Shown in pieces: positions 29,112-38,787 of a stretch of DNA of 64,000 bases. A program made the translations under genes and the position numbers. The notes under the pieces are model-generated. The model was not told where the DNA came from, did not search any database, and saw nothing but the letters and a program-made list of their open reading frames with translations. Source of the DNA: an uncultured Veillonellaceae bacterium (GTDB lineage: Bacteria > Bacillota > Negativicutes > JARBTT01); assembly GCA_963805085.1 (NCBI GenBank), contig CAWDTA010000003.1, positions 288,001 through 352,000 of the forward strand, given 5' to 3'. Within the stretch, counting starts at the first letter, position 1, and the number at the start of each line of letters is the position of its first letter.

Positions 29112-29939
29112 ATGGCAAATCAAACGAAAAAATTAACCAAAGGTGACATGTTTAGTGCATTTATTCGCTCGAACTTCTTGCAAGGTTCTTGGAACTTTGA
29201 AAGAATGCAAGCGTTAGGATATTGTTTCGGTATGGTACCAATTATTAAAAGACTATATGAAGGTCAAGAACGTAAAGATGCGATTAAAAGACATTTAGAG
29301 TTCTATAACACACAGCCGTTCGTTACAGCACCGATCATTGGGATTACAGCTGCAATGGAAGAACAAAGAGCCAATGGTGCTGATATTCCAGATAGTGTTA
29401 TCAATGGTATCAAGGTAGGTATGATGGGACCTTTAGCTGGTGTTGGTGACCCGATTTTCTGGGGTACATTAAGACCAATGACAGCTGCACTTGGTGCTTC
29501 TATCGCTTTAACTGGTAGTTTATTGGGACCAATTCTTTTCTTCGTACTATTTAATGTAATTCGTTTAGCTGTTAGATGGTATGGCATACAATATGGTTAC
29601 AGCAAAGGTACTGACGTCGTTAAAGATGTTGCTGGTAATAAACTTCAAAAAATTACAGAAGGTGCTTCAATACTAGGGCTATTTGTAATGGGTGCTTTAG
29701 TTTGTAAATGGACATCAGTAAATGTACCACTTGTAGTATCAACAATCACAATGCAAGATGGTAAAATTGCCGTAACAACTGTCCAAGATATTTTCAATCA
29801 ATTGATGCCTGGTTTAATACCATTGATCTTAACCTTTATTTGCATGGACTTACTCAAAAAGAAAGTCAATGCACTTTGGATTATCTTCGGCTTATTTGCT
29901 GTAGGGATTGCTGGTTTCGCAATGGGAGTTTTAAAATAG
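29112..29939 (+). CDS. manZ: Mannose-family PTS EIID
   Basis: QGSWNFERMQ, HLEFYNT and MGPLAGVGD motifs. Confidence 0.93.
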   Translation: MANQTKKLTKGDMFSAFIRSNFLQGSWNFERMQALGYCFGMVPIIKRLYEGQERKDAIKRHLEFYNTQPFVTAPIIGITAAMEEQRANGADIPDSVINGIKVGMMGPLAGVGDPIFWGTLRPMTAALGASIALTGSLLGPILFFVLFNVIRLAVRWYGIQYGYSKGTDVVKDVAGNKLQKITEGASILGLFVMGALVCKWTSVNVPLVVSTITMQDGKIAVTTVQDIFNQLMPGLIPLILTFICMDLLKKKVNALWIIFGLFAVGIAGFAMGVLK

Positions 29940-29994
29940 TTTTTATATAGTATATGTAAAAACTATAACTGTAAAAATGGTTAGACTGTAAAAG

Positions 29995-30040
29995 AAACAG
30001 GCTATTAATACTTAAACTATTAATAGCCTGTTCTCTATTT
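29995..30040 (+). terminator. PTS operon terminator
   Basis: AACAGGCTATTAATA...TATTAATAGCCTGTT. Confidence 0.7.
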
Positions 30041-30220
30041 GAATTGATATATTTATCACTGAATCAATATAAATGATTTTGTTAGGTTAATTTTATTAAA
30101 AATAAGCTATACTTATAATAAGTAGGACTTTACAATAATTGAAGTAATAGATAGAATAAGACTATAGTATATTGTTTTTATTTTCACAATTATATTTACT
30201 TGGTAAGGGGAAGTGACTGT

Positions 30221-31180
30221 ATGTTAAAATGTATTGCAGTAATGACTAGTGGTGGCGATAGCCCAGGAATGAACGCGGCAGCTCGTGCTGTTGTTAGAAC
30301 AGCATTATATGAAGGTGCTGAAGTATATGGTATTTATAATGGTTACCAAGGTATTTTAGAGGATGATATGAAAAAATTGGCGTCTCGTGATGTTGGGGAT
30401 ATTATCCAACGTGGTGGTACTTTCCTTGGTACAGCGCGTTGTGATGAATTCAGAACGGAAGCGGGACGTAAAAAAGCATTAGAAAATTTAAAGAAACGTG
30501 GGATTCAAGGGGTCGTTATCATTGGTGGTGATGGTAGTTTAACTGGTGGTAAATTATTAAGTGAGATGGGTATGCCGGTTGTTGGTCTGCCTGGAACAAT
30601 TGATAATGATGTATGGGGTACAGATTATACGATTGGCTGTGATACTGCTGCCAATACGATCGTTGATGCAATTAACAAATTGCGTGATACCGCATCCGCA
30701 CATCGCCGGATTATTATTATCGAAGTTATGGGACGTAAATCTGGCTGGCTTGCAATGCAGGCAGGTATTTCAGGTGGCGCTGAACATATACTAGTGCCAG
30801 AAGCGAAATTTGACATTGATGAAATTTGTGAAGAATTGAAAGCAGCTTATGAACGCGGCAAACGTTACAGCATTGTAGTTGTTGCCGAAGGTGCAGGCAA
30901 TGCGATTGATATTGGTAAACAAGTAGCTGAAAAAACTGGTATTGATACTAGAGTATCGGTATTGGGACATATTCAGCGTGGTGGCTCACCAAGTGTTGAA
31001 GATCGTATCAAAGCAAGTATGCTCGGCGAAAAAGCTGCGCTTGCGCTTCTTTCTGGTTTATCCAACGTAGTCTTTGGCTTTGAGGCTGGAAAACCAGTTA
31101 GTATTGATTTAGCAGATGCCGTAGGCAACACAAAAACATTGGATCCAGAACTGATTCGCTTAGCGAAAGTATTGGCATAA
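30221..31180 (+). CDS. pfkA: ATP-dependent 6-phosphofructokinase
   Basis: TSGGDSPGMN, GGDGS, PGTIDND, EVMGR and GHIQRGG motifs. Confidence 0.97.
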   Translation: MLKCIAVMTSGGDSPGMNAAARAVVRTALYEGAEVYGIYNGYQGILEDDMKKLASRDVGDIIQRGGTFLGTARCDEFRTEAGRKKALENLKKRGIQGVVIIGGDGSLTGGKLLSEMGMPVVGLPGTIDNDVWGTDYTIGCDTAANTIVDAINKLRDTASAHRRIIIIEVMGRKSGWLAMQAGISGGAEHILVPEAKFDIDEICEELKAAYERGKRYSIVVVAEGAGNAIDIGKQVAEKTGIDTRVSVLGHIQRGGSPSVEDRIKASMLGEKAALALLSGLSNVVFGFEAGKPVSIDLADAVGNTKTLDPELIRLAKVLA

Positions 31181-31184
31181 AAAT

Positions 31185-31219
31185 AAAAATGACTGAGAAT
31201 TTTATTCTCAGTCATTTTT
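31185..31219. terminator. pfkA terminator
   Basis: AAAAATGACTGAGAAT-TTT-ATTCTCAGTCATTTTT. Confidence 0.8.
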
Positions 31220-31470
31220 GTTATCTATTATAATTTTACACCGTCTAAAGATGAGTAATTTTTAAAATCATATTTTCCCATTTTATCATAAAAATCGACA
31301 ATGTAAATGGAGACTATATAGTCTCTTCTTCAGTTACTGAATTTTAGTATTCATTTATTTTTTTTTGTAACAATAAGATAATAAAAAGAAAAGTAGGAAA
31401 TAGAGTGGCAATGACGAATGTTATTAACTTGTCTAGTATAGTAAAGGAAAGTTGTTGGAGGAATTGTTTT

Positions 31471-31995
31471 ATGCAGAAAAAAAGAAAATTAGAATTGCGT
31501 GATATGGTTATGATTGGTATGCTAGCGGCAATTTGCGTAATTGCAACATTGATTAAAATACCATTTGGTGTTGGGGCTATGGTGCATTTAGGGACAGCGG
31601 CAGTGTTTATAATTGGTATTTTGTTTGGCGGGATTTATGCAGGTTTGGCTGCGGCAATCGGCTCCGCGTTTTTTGACTTATTGTTAGGTTTTTCACCCTA
31701 TACGATTTGGTCTTTTGTAATCAAGGGGGCGGCTGGTTTCACCATAGGGGTTGTTGCCCGTGGATTATGGCCAGAACTTATTGTCGGTCCCAAATGGTTG
31801 TTTCGTTCATGTTTAGGGATGGCCTTAGCAGCATCTTGTACGCTTGGTGGCTATGTGATTGCTTGGTGGGCTGTAACTGGCAGTGTAAGTGTAGCGATCA
31901 GTAATATGCCTAGTTCGTTATTGACTTCCGGCGTAGGATTTGTCGTAGCAATCATCATTGCGCCCAAATTACGTCAAATATTACATAAACAATAA
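31471..31995 (+). CDS. ECF transporter S component
   Basis: GMLAA, VHLG, G.LFG...AG.AAAIG.A.FDL and IKG pattern; highly hydrophobic. Confidence 0.85.
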   Translation: MQKKRKLELRDMVMIGMLAAICVIATLIKIPFGVGAMVHLGTAAVFIIGILFGGIYAGLAAAIGSAFFDLLLGFSPYTIWSFVIKGAAGFTIGVVARGLWPELIVGPKWLFRSCLGMALAASCTLGGYVIAWWAVTGSVSVAISNMPSSLLTSGVGFVVAIIIAPKLRQILHKQ

Positions 31996-32021
31996 ATGAT
32001 GTTGATAAGGGGCTGACTAGA

Positions 32022-32537
32022 ATGAGAAAAGCTTTACTTGTTGTAGATATGTTAAAGGATTTTATCAACCCAGAGGGAGCGCTCTTTTGTGGGATGCAAG
32101 GTCAAGCGATTGTTCCGTTTATCAAAGAAAAAATTACGGAGTCCCGTTTGGCGGGAGACACCATTATTTTTATTTGTGATCGTCATGAATCAGATGATGT
32201 AGAATTTAATCGTTTCCCTGCGCATTGTATTGCTGGTACGTCTGGCGCGGAAGTTGTCCAGGAATTACAATTTGACAGATATGATGAAAATATTACCGGC
32301 AAACAACGCTATAGTGGTTTTTATAATACTGACTTAGATGAGCAACTTGAAATGATCGATGAAATCGCAGTTGTTGGCGTTTGCACGAATATTTGTGTGC
32401 TCTTTACAGTAGAAGAACTTTGCAACCGGAATAAAAAAGTCATTGTTTACCGTGATGGCGTGGCGAGCTTTGATAACGAAGCACACGAATACGCTCTGAA
32501 GCAAATGGAAACGGTACTTGGTGCTGAAATTAAATAA
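32022..32537 (+). CDS. pncA: Nicotinamidase / isochorismatase-family cysteine hydrolase
   Basis: VVDMLKDF, D.H...D.EF, PAHC, K.RYSGF and GVCTNICV motifs. Confidence 0.75.
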   Translation: MRKALLVVDMLKDFINPEGALFCGMQGQAIVPFIKEKITESRLAGDTIIFICDRHESDDVEFNRFPAHCIAGTSGAEVVQELQFDRYDENITGKQRYSGFYNTDLDEQLEMIDEIAVVGVCTNICVLFTVEELCNRNKKVIVYRDGVASFDNEAHEYALKQMETVLGAEIK

Positions 32538-32573
32538 GCTGGATTTTAGATTAAAATATATGCATGGTTAAGT

Positions 32574-32618
32574 AAAATGAGGACAAACTAAATGTACATT
32601 TAGTTTGTCCTCATTTTT
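32574..32618. terminator. Terminator hairpin
   Basis: AAAATGAGGACAAACTAAATG-TA-CATTTAGTTTGTCCTCATTTT. Confidence 0.8.
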
Positions 32619-32637
32619 ATGAAAAGGGTGATATAGA

Positions 32638-33435
32638 TTGGAAAAACGCGGGTATAAAAAGGCAAAAAATAAATATGGCAAGGTAATGGCCACATTGACA
32701 GGGGCAATGCTTGTATCTTCAGCAATGCTTTCACATGCACCAGTAGCAGCTGCAAGTCCAAGTCCAAATTCAATTGCGAAATCTTTACCAGATGAGGTAA
32801 CAGATGCATTATTAACATCTAAACAGCAGGTTAGTGATAAATTAAAAAATAGTATTAATGAAAAAATCGAAGATAGTATTAATGAAGCAATAAAAGATGG
32901 TGTTAATAGTAAAGTAAAAAATGGCATTGATGAAAAAATAAAAGAACATATTAACGAAAAAATAAAAGATAGTGTAAATGATAAATTACAAGACAACGTG
33001 AATGATAAAACCAAAACACGTATTAATAAAAAGCTAAATGAAGCATTATTAGAAAGAGAAGACGAGCTGCAACAAGTGATTACTGACAGAGCAAACGTAA
33101 AGATAAGACAAAGTAGTGCCCATAAAGTATTGGATATTGTTGCAACTGCTTACGCATCAGGTTATGAAGATAATGGCCCATGGAATGATAAAACTCATAT
33201 CGGCACCAAAGTTCGTCCTGGCATTATTGCAGTTGATCCAAGGGTGATACCACTAGGATCAAAAGTTTATATCGAATTCGGAGACGGCAGAGGCATGTAC
33301 GCCGTTGCCGAAGATACTGGCGGAGCCATCAAAGGCAATCGCATTGACATCGTAATGAGCAGTCGTGAAAAAGCACAAGATTTTGGGATACAAGATGTGA
33401 AAGTATATGTGCTGGATAAAGTGCTAGATGTATAG
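32638..33435 (+). CDS. Secreted 3D-domain protein (lytic-transglycosylase-like) with a repeat spacer
   Basis: ATAY, IAVDPRVIPLGS and AEDTGGAIKGNRIDI motifs; N-terminal signal segment. Confidence 0.9.
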   Translation: MEKRGYKKAKNKYGKVMATLTGAMLVSSAMLSHAPVAAASPSPNSIAKSLPDEVTDALLTSKQQVSDKLKNSINEKIEDSINEAIKDGVNSKVKNGIDEKIKEHINEKIKDSVNDKLQDNVNDKTKTRINKKLNEALLEREDELQQVITDRANVKIRQSSAHKVLDIVATAYASGYEDNGPWNDKTHIGTKVRPGIIAVDPRVIPLGSKVYIEFGDGRGMYAVAEDTGGAIKGNRIDIVMSSREKAQDFGIQDVKVYVLDKVLDV

Positions 33436-33723
33436 TATAAAGTTAAGTTAGTTTAAAAAACAGAAAATAATCAAAAATAGCTGGCACCTTTTTAGGAAGC
33501 TAGCTATTTTTGATAAAGATAGTGCATATAGCTCAAATTATGGGCTACTAAAAATGTACACTAACGCTTTAATAACTTGCAGTCGATAATGATACAATAC
33601 TAGATTGAAGAAGTTTTAAGTTATTGCAGATGGGGCTAATATTGAAAAATCTATTTACTGAAAATGGGCTAGAATTCAATAAATTAAATTGTTAGAAAAT
33701 TCTTTTAACAAGTCGAATTATTA

Positions 33724-33752
33724 TTGACAAACGATAAAGAGAAGTATAAAAT
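33724..33752 (+). promoter_or_regulatory. SigA promoter of the ribose operon
   Basis: TTGACA-N17-TAAAAT. Confidence 0.75.
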
Positions 33753-33782
33753 CATTCTTGTAAACGTTTACAAGAATGATTT
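33749..33782. promoter_or_regulatory. LacI-family (RbsR) operator inside a perfect 34-bp palindrome
   Basis: AAATCATTCTTGTAAACGTTTACAAGAATGATTT with central TGTAAACGTTTACA. Confidence 0.85.
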
Positions 33783-33826
33783 ATTAGAAAATTCTAATAA
33801 AATAAATTGAAAAAGAGATAATACAT

Positions 33827-34843
33827 ATGAAGAATTCTACAGCGACAATTAAAGATGTTGCACGAAAAGCGGGCGTATCGATTGCGACGGTTTCTCGTAT
33901 TTTAAATGGCAGCGGAGTGGTTTCGCCTAAGTTAATGGAAAATGTACAGTCCGCAATCAAAGAAATTGGTTACCAACCAAATGCTGTTGCAAGGGCGCTC
34001 AAAATAAAAGAATCCAAAAGTATTGGACTCATTATTCCAGATATTGAAAATCCTTTTTTTCCTGCGTTGGTTCGTGGTGTAGAGGATACTGCTAGGGAAT
34101 ATGATTATGCTGTTATCCTTTGTAATTCTGATGGATATGCAGTGGAAGAAAAACGATATATCCGATTTTTGCATAGCAAGCAAGTCGATGGCGTTATTTT
34201 TACTGGTAGCATTGATAGTGAGGAAAATTTAACATTATTAACGGATTTAGATGTGCCTGTAGTTACCTTAGATAGGCAGTCAAAGTTAGAAAATATTAGC
34301 TCGGTTAGTGTAGATAATTATTATGGAGCAATGCTGGCGGTAGAGCATTTGCTTGATCAAGGGGCGAAAAAAGTTGCCTTCTTAGGAGGAGCTCCCCGGT
34401 TATCTGTTGCAGCAGAACGTTTTCAAGGCTATCAAGATGTTTTGAAAAAACGAGGGATTACAATTTTAGATGATTTAATTTTACATGGTGAATTTACGTT
34501 TAACAGCGGTTATGGAAATACAGCACTGCTATTAGAAAGACGGGAAGAGTTTGATGCGGTATTTGCTGCGAATGATTTGATTGCATTTGGTGTGATTGAT
34601 TGTCTTACGAAACATGGGATTGAAGTACCACGAGAGATTATCGTAGCTGGCTATGATGATATTCGTATGGCTGGCTGGTATACTCCTTCGCTTACTACGG
34701 TGCGACAGCCTGTTTATGAAATGGGACGAAAAACGGTGGAAATTTTGCTGACCTTGCTTTCTGCTACGGAAAGAGAAATACATACAGAAAGATTCCGCCC
34801 CGAGCTAATTATACGCAATTCAACGAAGCGTTTAAATGACTAA
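33827..34843 (+). CDS. rbsR: LacI-family ribose operon repressor
   Basis: TIKDVARKAGVSIATVSR HTH; leads the rbs operon. Confidence 0.88.
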   Translation: MKNSTATIKDVARKAGVSIATVSRILNGSGVVSPKLMENVQSAIKEIGYQPNAVARALKIKESKSIGLIIPDIENPFFPALVRGVEDTAREYDYAVILCNSDGYAVEEKRYIRFLHSKQVDGVIFTGSIDSEENLTLLTDLDVPVVTLDRQSKLENISSVSVDNYYGAMLAVEHLLDQGAKKVAFLGGAPRLSVAAERFQGYQDVLKKRGITILDDLILHGEFTFNSGYGNTALLLERREEFDAVFAANDLIAFGVIDCLTKHGIEVPREIIVAGYDDIRMAGWYTPSLTTVRQPVYEMGRKTVEILLTLLSATEREIHTERFRPELIIRNSTKRLND

Positions 34844-34856
34844 TGGAGGGATGGGC

Positions 34857-35810
34857 ATGAACACAGAGGGGTTGAAGGCAACGCATAGATTGCCGATATT
34901 AGTAGTAGGCAGCTTAAATATGGATTTAGTCGTAAATTCCGAAAAGTTGCCACAATATGGTCAAACCATCTTTGGCGAAAATTTTGCAACTTTCCCAGGT
35001 GGAAAGGGCGCTAACCAAGCAGTTGCCGCAGCTAAATTGGGAGCCAATGTAATGATGGTCGGCTGTGTAGGAAAGGATGCATTTGCTAGTGAACTACTTG
35101 ACGGTCTTAGTGAAATTGGTGTGGGTACCAATCATATTAGGAAAGTTGATAGAGCAACAGGCGTTGCATTAATTACTGTTGCGCAAGGTGGAGCGAATAC
35201 CATTGTAGTTGTTGCCGGCGCTAATCAAGAATGTAATCAAAATGATGTAGATTGTGCATTGAAAGTACATAAAAAGCCGGGAATTATTTTATTGCAAAAT
35301 GAAGTGCCTGAATTGACCGTAGAATATGCAATTGAACGTGCTAAAAAGGAGGAATGGCAGGTAATTTATAATCCAGCTCCAGCGAGAAAAATAGATGCCA
35401 AATTTTTAGCGATGGTGGATATTCTTACACCAAACGAAACTGAGCTTGGGATATTAACTGATATGCCTGTAAATTCACAGCAAGAGGCCATTCTAGCAGG
35501 GGAAAAGCTCATTTATATGGGGGTTAAAAAAGTTGTAGTCACAATGGGCGCGGAAGGATCAATTCTTATCGCGGATGGAAAAGTGAAAGTTGTCTCTGCA
35601 ATTTCTGTACAAGCGGTAGATAGTACTGCTGCTGGGGATTGCTATAATGGAGCGATGGCAGTTGGACTCTCAGAGGGAAAAACACTCGATGAGTCACTAG
35701 AGCTTGCGAAAATAGCTGCTGGTTTGTCTGTAACCAAAAGCGGAGCACAAACAGCATTACCTATACGGCAAGAAGTAAATGACTATACAGAAAAGGCGGG
35801 GAGAACATGA
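34857..35810 (+). CDS. rbsK: Ribokinase
   Basis: GSLNMD, GGKGANQA, NPAPA, PNETE and DSTAAGD motifs. Confidence 0.95.
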   Translation: MNTEGLKATHRLPILVVGSLNMDLVVNSEKLPQYGQTIFGENFATFPGGKGANQAVAAAKLGANVMMVGCVGKDAFASELLDGLSEIGVGTNHIRKVDRATGVALITVAQGGANTIVVVAGANQECNQNDVDCALKVHKKPGIILLQNEVPELTVEYAIERAKKEEWQVIYNPAPARKIDAKFLAMVDILTPNETELGILTDMPVNSQQEAILAGEKLIYMGVKKVVVTMGAEGSILIADGKVKVVSAISVQAVDSTAAGDCYNGAMAVGLSEGKTLDESLELAKIAAGLSVTKSGAQTALPIRQEVNDYTEKAGRT

Positions 35811-36202
35811 AAAAGCTAGGCGTATTAAATAAAGAAATCAGTGAAGTAATAGCTGGAATGGGGCACTATGACATGCTAGTTATTGGCGATGCGGGTCTGC
35901 CAATTCCTCAAAGTGTAAAGCGGATTGACTTAGCACTTACTAAAGGTGTACCTGAATTTTTGCAAACGCTACGTACTGTGCTCGAAGAACTTCAGGTGGA
36001 ACGAGCTGTAATTGCAAGTGAAATGGAAAATGTCAGCCCCGATCTTTATCAAGATGTGACAAAAATGATGGGGAATACGCCTATTAGGGCAGTATCGCAT
36101 GAAGAATTTAAAAATATGACGCAACGGTCGGTGGCAGTAATCCGCACTGGCGAATTTACGCCTTATGCCAATATTATTCTAGAATCTGGAGTCATTTTTT
36201 AG
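35807..36202 (+). CDS. rbsD: D-ribose pyranase
   Basis: GHYD...IGDAGLP, RIDLA, SHEEFK and RTGEFTPYAN motifs. Confidence 0.96.
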   Translation: MKKLGVLNKEISEVIAGMGHYDMLVIGDAGLPIPQSVKRIDLALTKGVPEFLQTLRTVLEELQVERAVIASEMENVSPDLYQDVTKMMGNTPIRAVSHEEFKNMTQRSVAVIRTGEFTPYANIILESGVIF

Positions 36203-36245
36203 TTCGCTGCATTGCATAAATGAAGTTTACTAAGGAGGTTGAGCT

Positions 36246-37763
36246 GTGGTGTATAATGTGCTTCTTGAGATGAAGGGAATTGTTAAGGAATTCCCCGGAG
36301 TAAAAGCATTGAAGAACGTTGATTTTTCCCTTAGAGAAGGGGAAATACATGCTTTACTAGGTGAAAACGGTGCAGGCAAGTCAACATTAATGAAAGTTTT
36401 GAGCGGAGTCTATGCCAAGGATGCGGGTGAAATCATATTAGCTGGCCAATCGGTGGAATTCTCTGGGCCTCGTGAGGCACAGCAATTGGGCATAGGAATT
36501 ATTCACCAAGAGTTGAATATGGTGCCGGAACTTACCGTTATGGAAAATATATTTTTAGGACGAGAGCCGCATCGTATGGGTTTTATTGATAAAAAAAGCA
36601 TGAAGTTAGATGCGGCAGAAATTTTACATAGATTGGGGAGTGATATCAAGCCCGATACACTAATTTCTGAATTGAGTATTGGTGCACAGCAAATGGTCGA
36701 GATTGCTAAACAATTATCGCAAAAAACACGAATTTTAATTATGGATGAACCTACAGCGGCATTAACAGAAAAGGAAACCGAGAACCTATTTGTAATTATT
36801 CGTCAATTGGCAGCAAGTGGTGTAGGAATTGTATATATATCGCATCGGATGGAAGAATTATTCGCGCTGAGTAATCGTATTACGGTAATGCGTGATGGCA
36901 GTTATGTTGGAACAGTCAATACTCGTGAGGTAGTTTTTGATGATTTAGTAAAAATGATGGTTGGCCGAGAACTTACCGAACGTTTTCCAAAAGAAAACGT
37001 TGCTGTAGGTCAAGAAATTTTACGGGTAGCAGGGGTAAATCGTACCGGTATATTACATAATATATCGCTGTCTGTTCGTTCTGGAGAAATCGTAGGTCTT
37101 GCCGGTTTAATGGGTGCAGGACGAACTGAACTGGCGCGTGCCATCTTTGGGGCAGATAAAATTGATAGCGGAGAAATATTTATTGATGGGGAGAAAAAAA
37201 ACATTCAGTCGCCTGCTGATGGAATTAAGGCTGGAATAGGCTTAATTACTGAAGATCGTAAGCATGAAGGATTAGTTTTGTCTATGTCGGTAGGAAAAAA
37301 TATTTCTTTGGCGGCGCTAAAGTCAGTCTGTCGGCAAACTTTTATTAAGAATTCAATCGAGGATAAACTCATTGAACAGCATATTGCCAACTTGAAAATA
37401 CGGACGCCAGATGCGGATAAAGAAGTAAAAGGACTCAGCGGAGGCAATCAGCAAAAAGTGGTCATTGCTAAATGGCTATCGAATAATCCGAAAATTTTGA
37501 TTATGGATGAGCCTACTCGCGGGGTAGATGTTGGCGCGAAGGCAGAAATTTATCACATTATGAATATGCTGGTTAAAGAAGGCGTGGGGATATTGATGAT
37601 ATCCTCAGAATTACCAGAAATTTTAGGGTTGAGTGATCGAGTACTGGTAATGAGTAGAGGCAAAATTACGGGTGAACTTAATATAGATGAAGCAACACAG
37701 GAAAAAATTATGGCCTTTGCGGCTCGAACTGGAGGAGACGAAAGCGGTGTCACAGGCAAATGA
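36246..37763 (+). CDS. rbsA: Ribose ABC transporter ATP-binding protein
   Basis: GENGAGKS, MDEPT and LSGGNQQK; tandem NBDs. Confidence 0.92.
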   Translation: MVYNVLLEMKGIVKEFPGVKALKNVDFSLREGEIHALLGENGAGKSTLMKVLSGVYAKDAGEIILAGQSVEFSGPREAQQLGIGIIHQELNMVPELTVMENIFLGREPHRMGFIDKKSMKLDAAEILHRLGSDIKPDTLISELSIGAQQMVEIAKQLSQKTRILIMDEPTAALTEKETENLFVIIRQLAASGVGIVYISHRMEELFALSNRITVMRDGSYVGTVNTREVVFDDLVKMMVGRELTERFPKENVAVGQEILRVAGVNRTGILHNISLSVRSGEIVGLAGLMGAGRTELARAIFGADKIDSGEIFIDGEKKNIQSPADGIKAGIGLITEDRKHEGLVLSMSVGKNISLAALKSVCRQTFIKNSIEDKLIEQHIANLKIRTPDADKEVKGLSGGNQQKVVIAKWLSNNPKILIMDEPTRGVDVGAKAEIYHIMNMLVKEGVGILMISSELPEILGLSDRVLVMSRGKITGELNIDEATQEKIMAFAARTGGDESGVTGK

Positions 37764-38697
37764 ATTTTTAAAACAAAAAACGGCTATGATTAAGAAGTTG
37801 GGGCCTTTATTAGGATTACTTCTTCTAAGCATTGTGCTTGCTGTTATATCTGAGGATTTTTTGACAGTAAGTAATCTTTTAAATGTAGCAAGACAGATTT
37901 CACTAAATGCCATTATCAGTGTAGGGATGACTTTTATCTTGTTAACAGGTGGCATTGATTTGTCAGTGGGTTCCATCGTGGCGATATCTGGCAGTATTAC
38001 GGCAGGACTACTTGTCCAAGGGACAGGCAGCATTCTGGCAATTGGTGCCGGACTTTTATTAGGCGCCGTGCTTGGTGCTATCAATGGCTTGCTGATTACG
38101 CGGGGAAAATTGCCGCCGTTCATTGCAACAATGGGGATGATGACCATTGCACGTGGCTATTGTTTAATTTATACAGAGGGACGTCCTATCACAGGATTTA
38201 GTGAAGCATTCCGCTGGTTAGGCGGCGGATATATTGCGGGTATTCCCGTTCCTGTATTTATCATGGCATTTCTTTTTATCGCTGCTTATATCTTTTTGAA
38301 ACAAAACAGATTTGGTCGTTATATTTATGCGATTGGTGGCAATGAAGAAGCGGCTCGCTTGTCGGGGATCAGCACTGAAAAAGTGTTAGTATCCATCTAT
38401 GTTTTATCAGGTTTCCTGGCAGCACTTAGCGGTATCATCTTAACCTCTCGTCTAAACTCAGCGCAGCCAACAGCGGGTGTTGGTTTTGAAATGGATGCAA
38501 TTGCTGCGGTAGTTTTAGGAGGAACGAGTCTTTCGGGCGGCGTTGGAACGATTGGTGGTACTGTTATAGGTGCAATGATTATTGGAGTATTGGATAACGG
38601 ACTAAATTTACTTAATGTCTCATCGTTTTATCAGCAAGTTGCTAAAGGGATTGTTATCTTGCTGGCAGTACTTTTAGATCGCAAGAAAAACAAATAA
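37747..38697 (+). CDS. rbsC: Ribose ABC transporter permease
   Basis: GGIDLSVG, PPFIAT, IGGNEEAARLSG and AAVVLGG motifs; GTG start after GGAGG. Confidence 0.92.
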   Translation: MSQANEFLKQKTAMIKKLGPLLGLLLLSIVLAVISEDFLTVSNLLNVARQISLNAIISVGMTFILLTGGIDLSVGSIVAISGSITAGLLVQGTGSILAIGAGLLLGAVLGAINGLLITRGKLPPFIATMGMMTIARGYCLIYTEGRPITGFSEAFRWLGGGYIAGIPVPVFIMAFLFIAAYIFLKQNRFGRYIYAIGGNEEAARLSGISTEKVLVSIYVLSGFLAALSGIILTSRLNSAQPTAGVGFEMDAIAAVVLGGTSLSGGVGTIGGTVIGAMIIGVLDNGLNLLNVSSFYQQVAKGIVILLAVLLDRKKNK

Positions 38698-38787
38698 CTG
38701 TTTTTTATATAGAGATAGACAATAAGGAGGCGGTGGGCAGAAATAAATTTGGTAAAACCAAGACACAAATAAAAAGGGGGAGAATTC

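Noticed and set aside
32568-33014. 148-aa hydrophobic antisense ORF
   Set aside because: Mirror of the Lys/Asn/Glu-rich repeat on the coding strand; no SD or independent signal.
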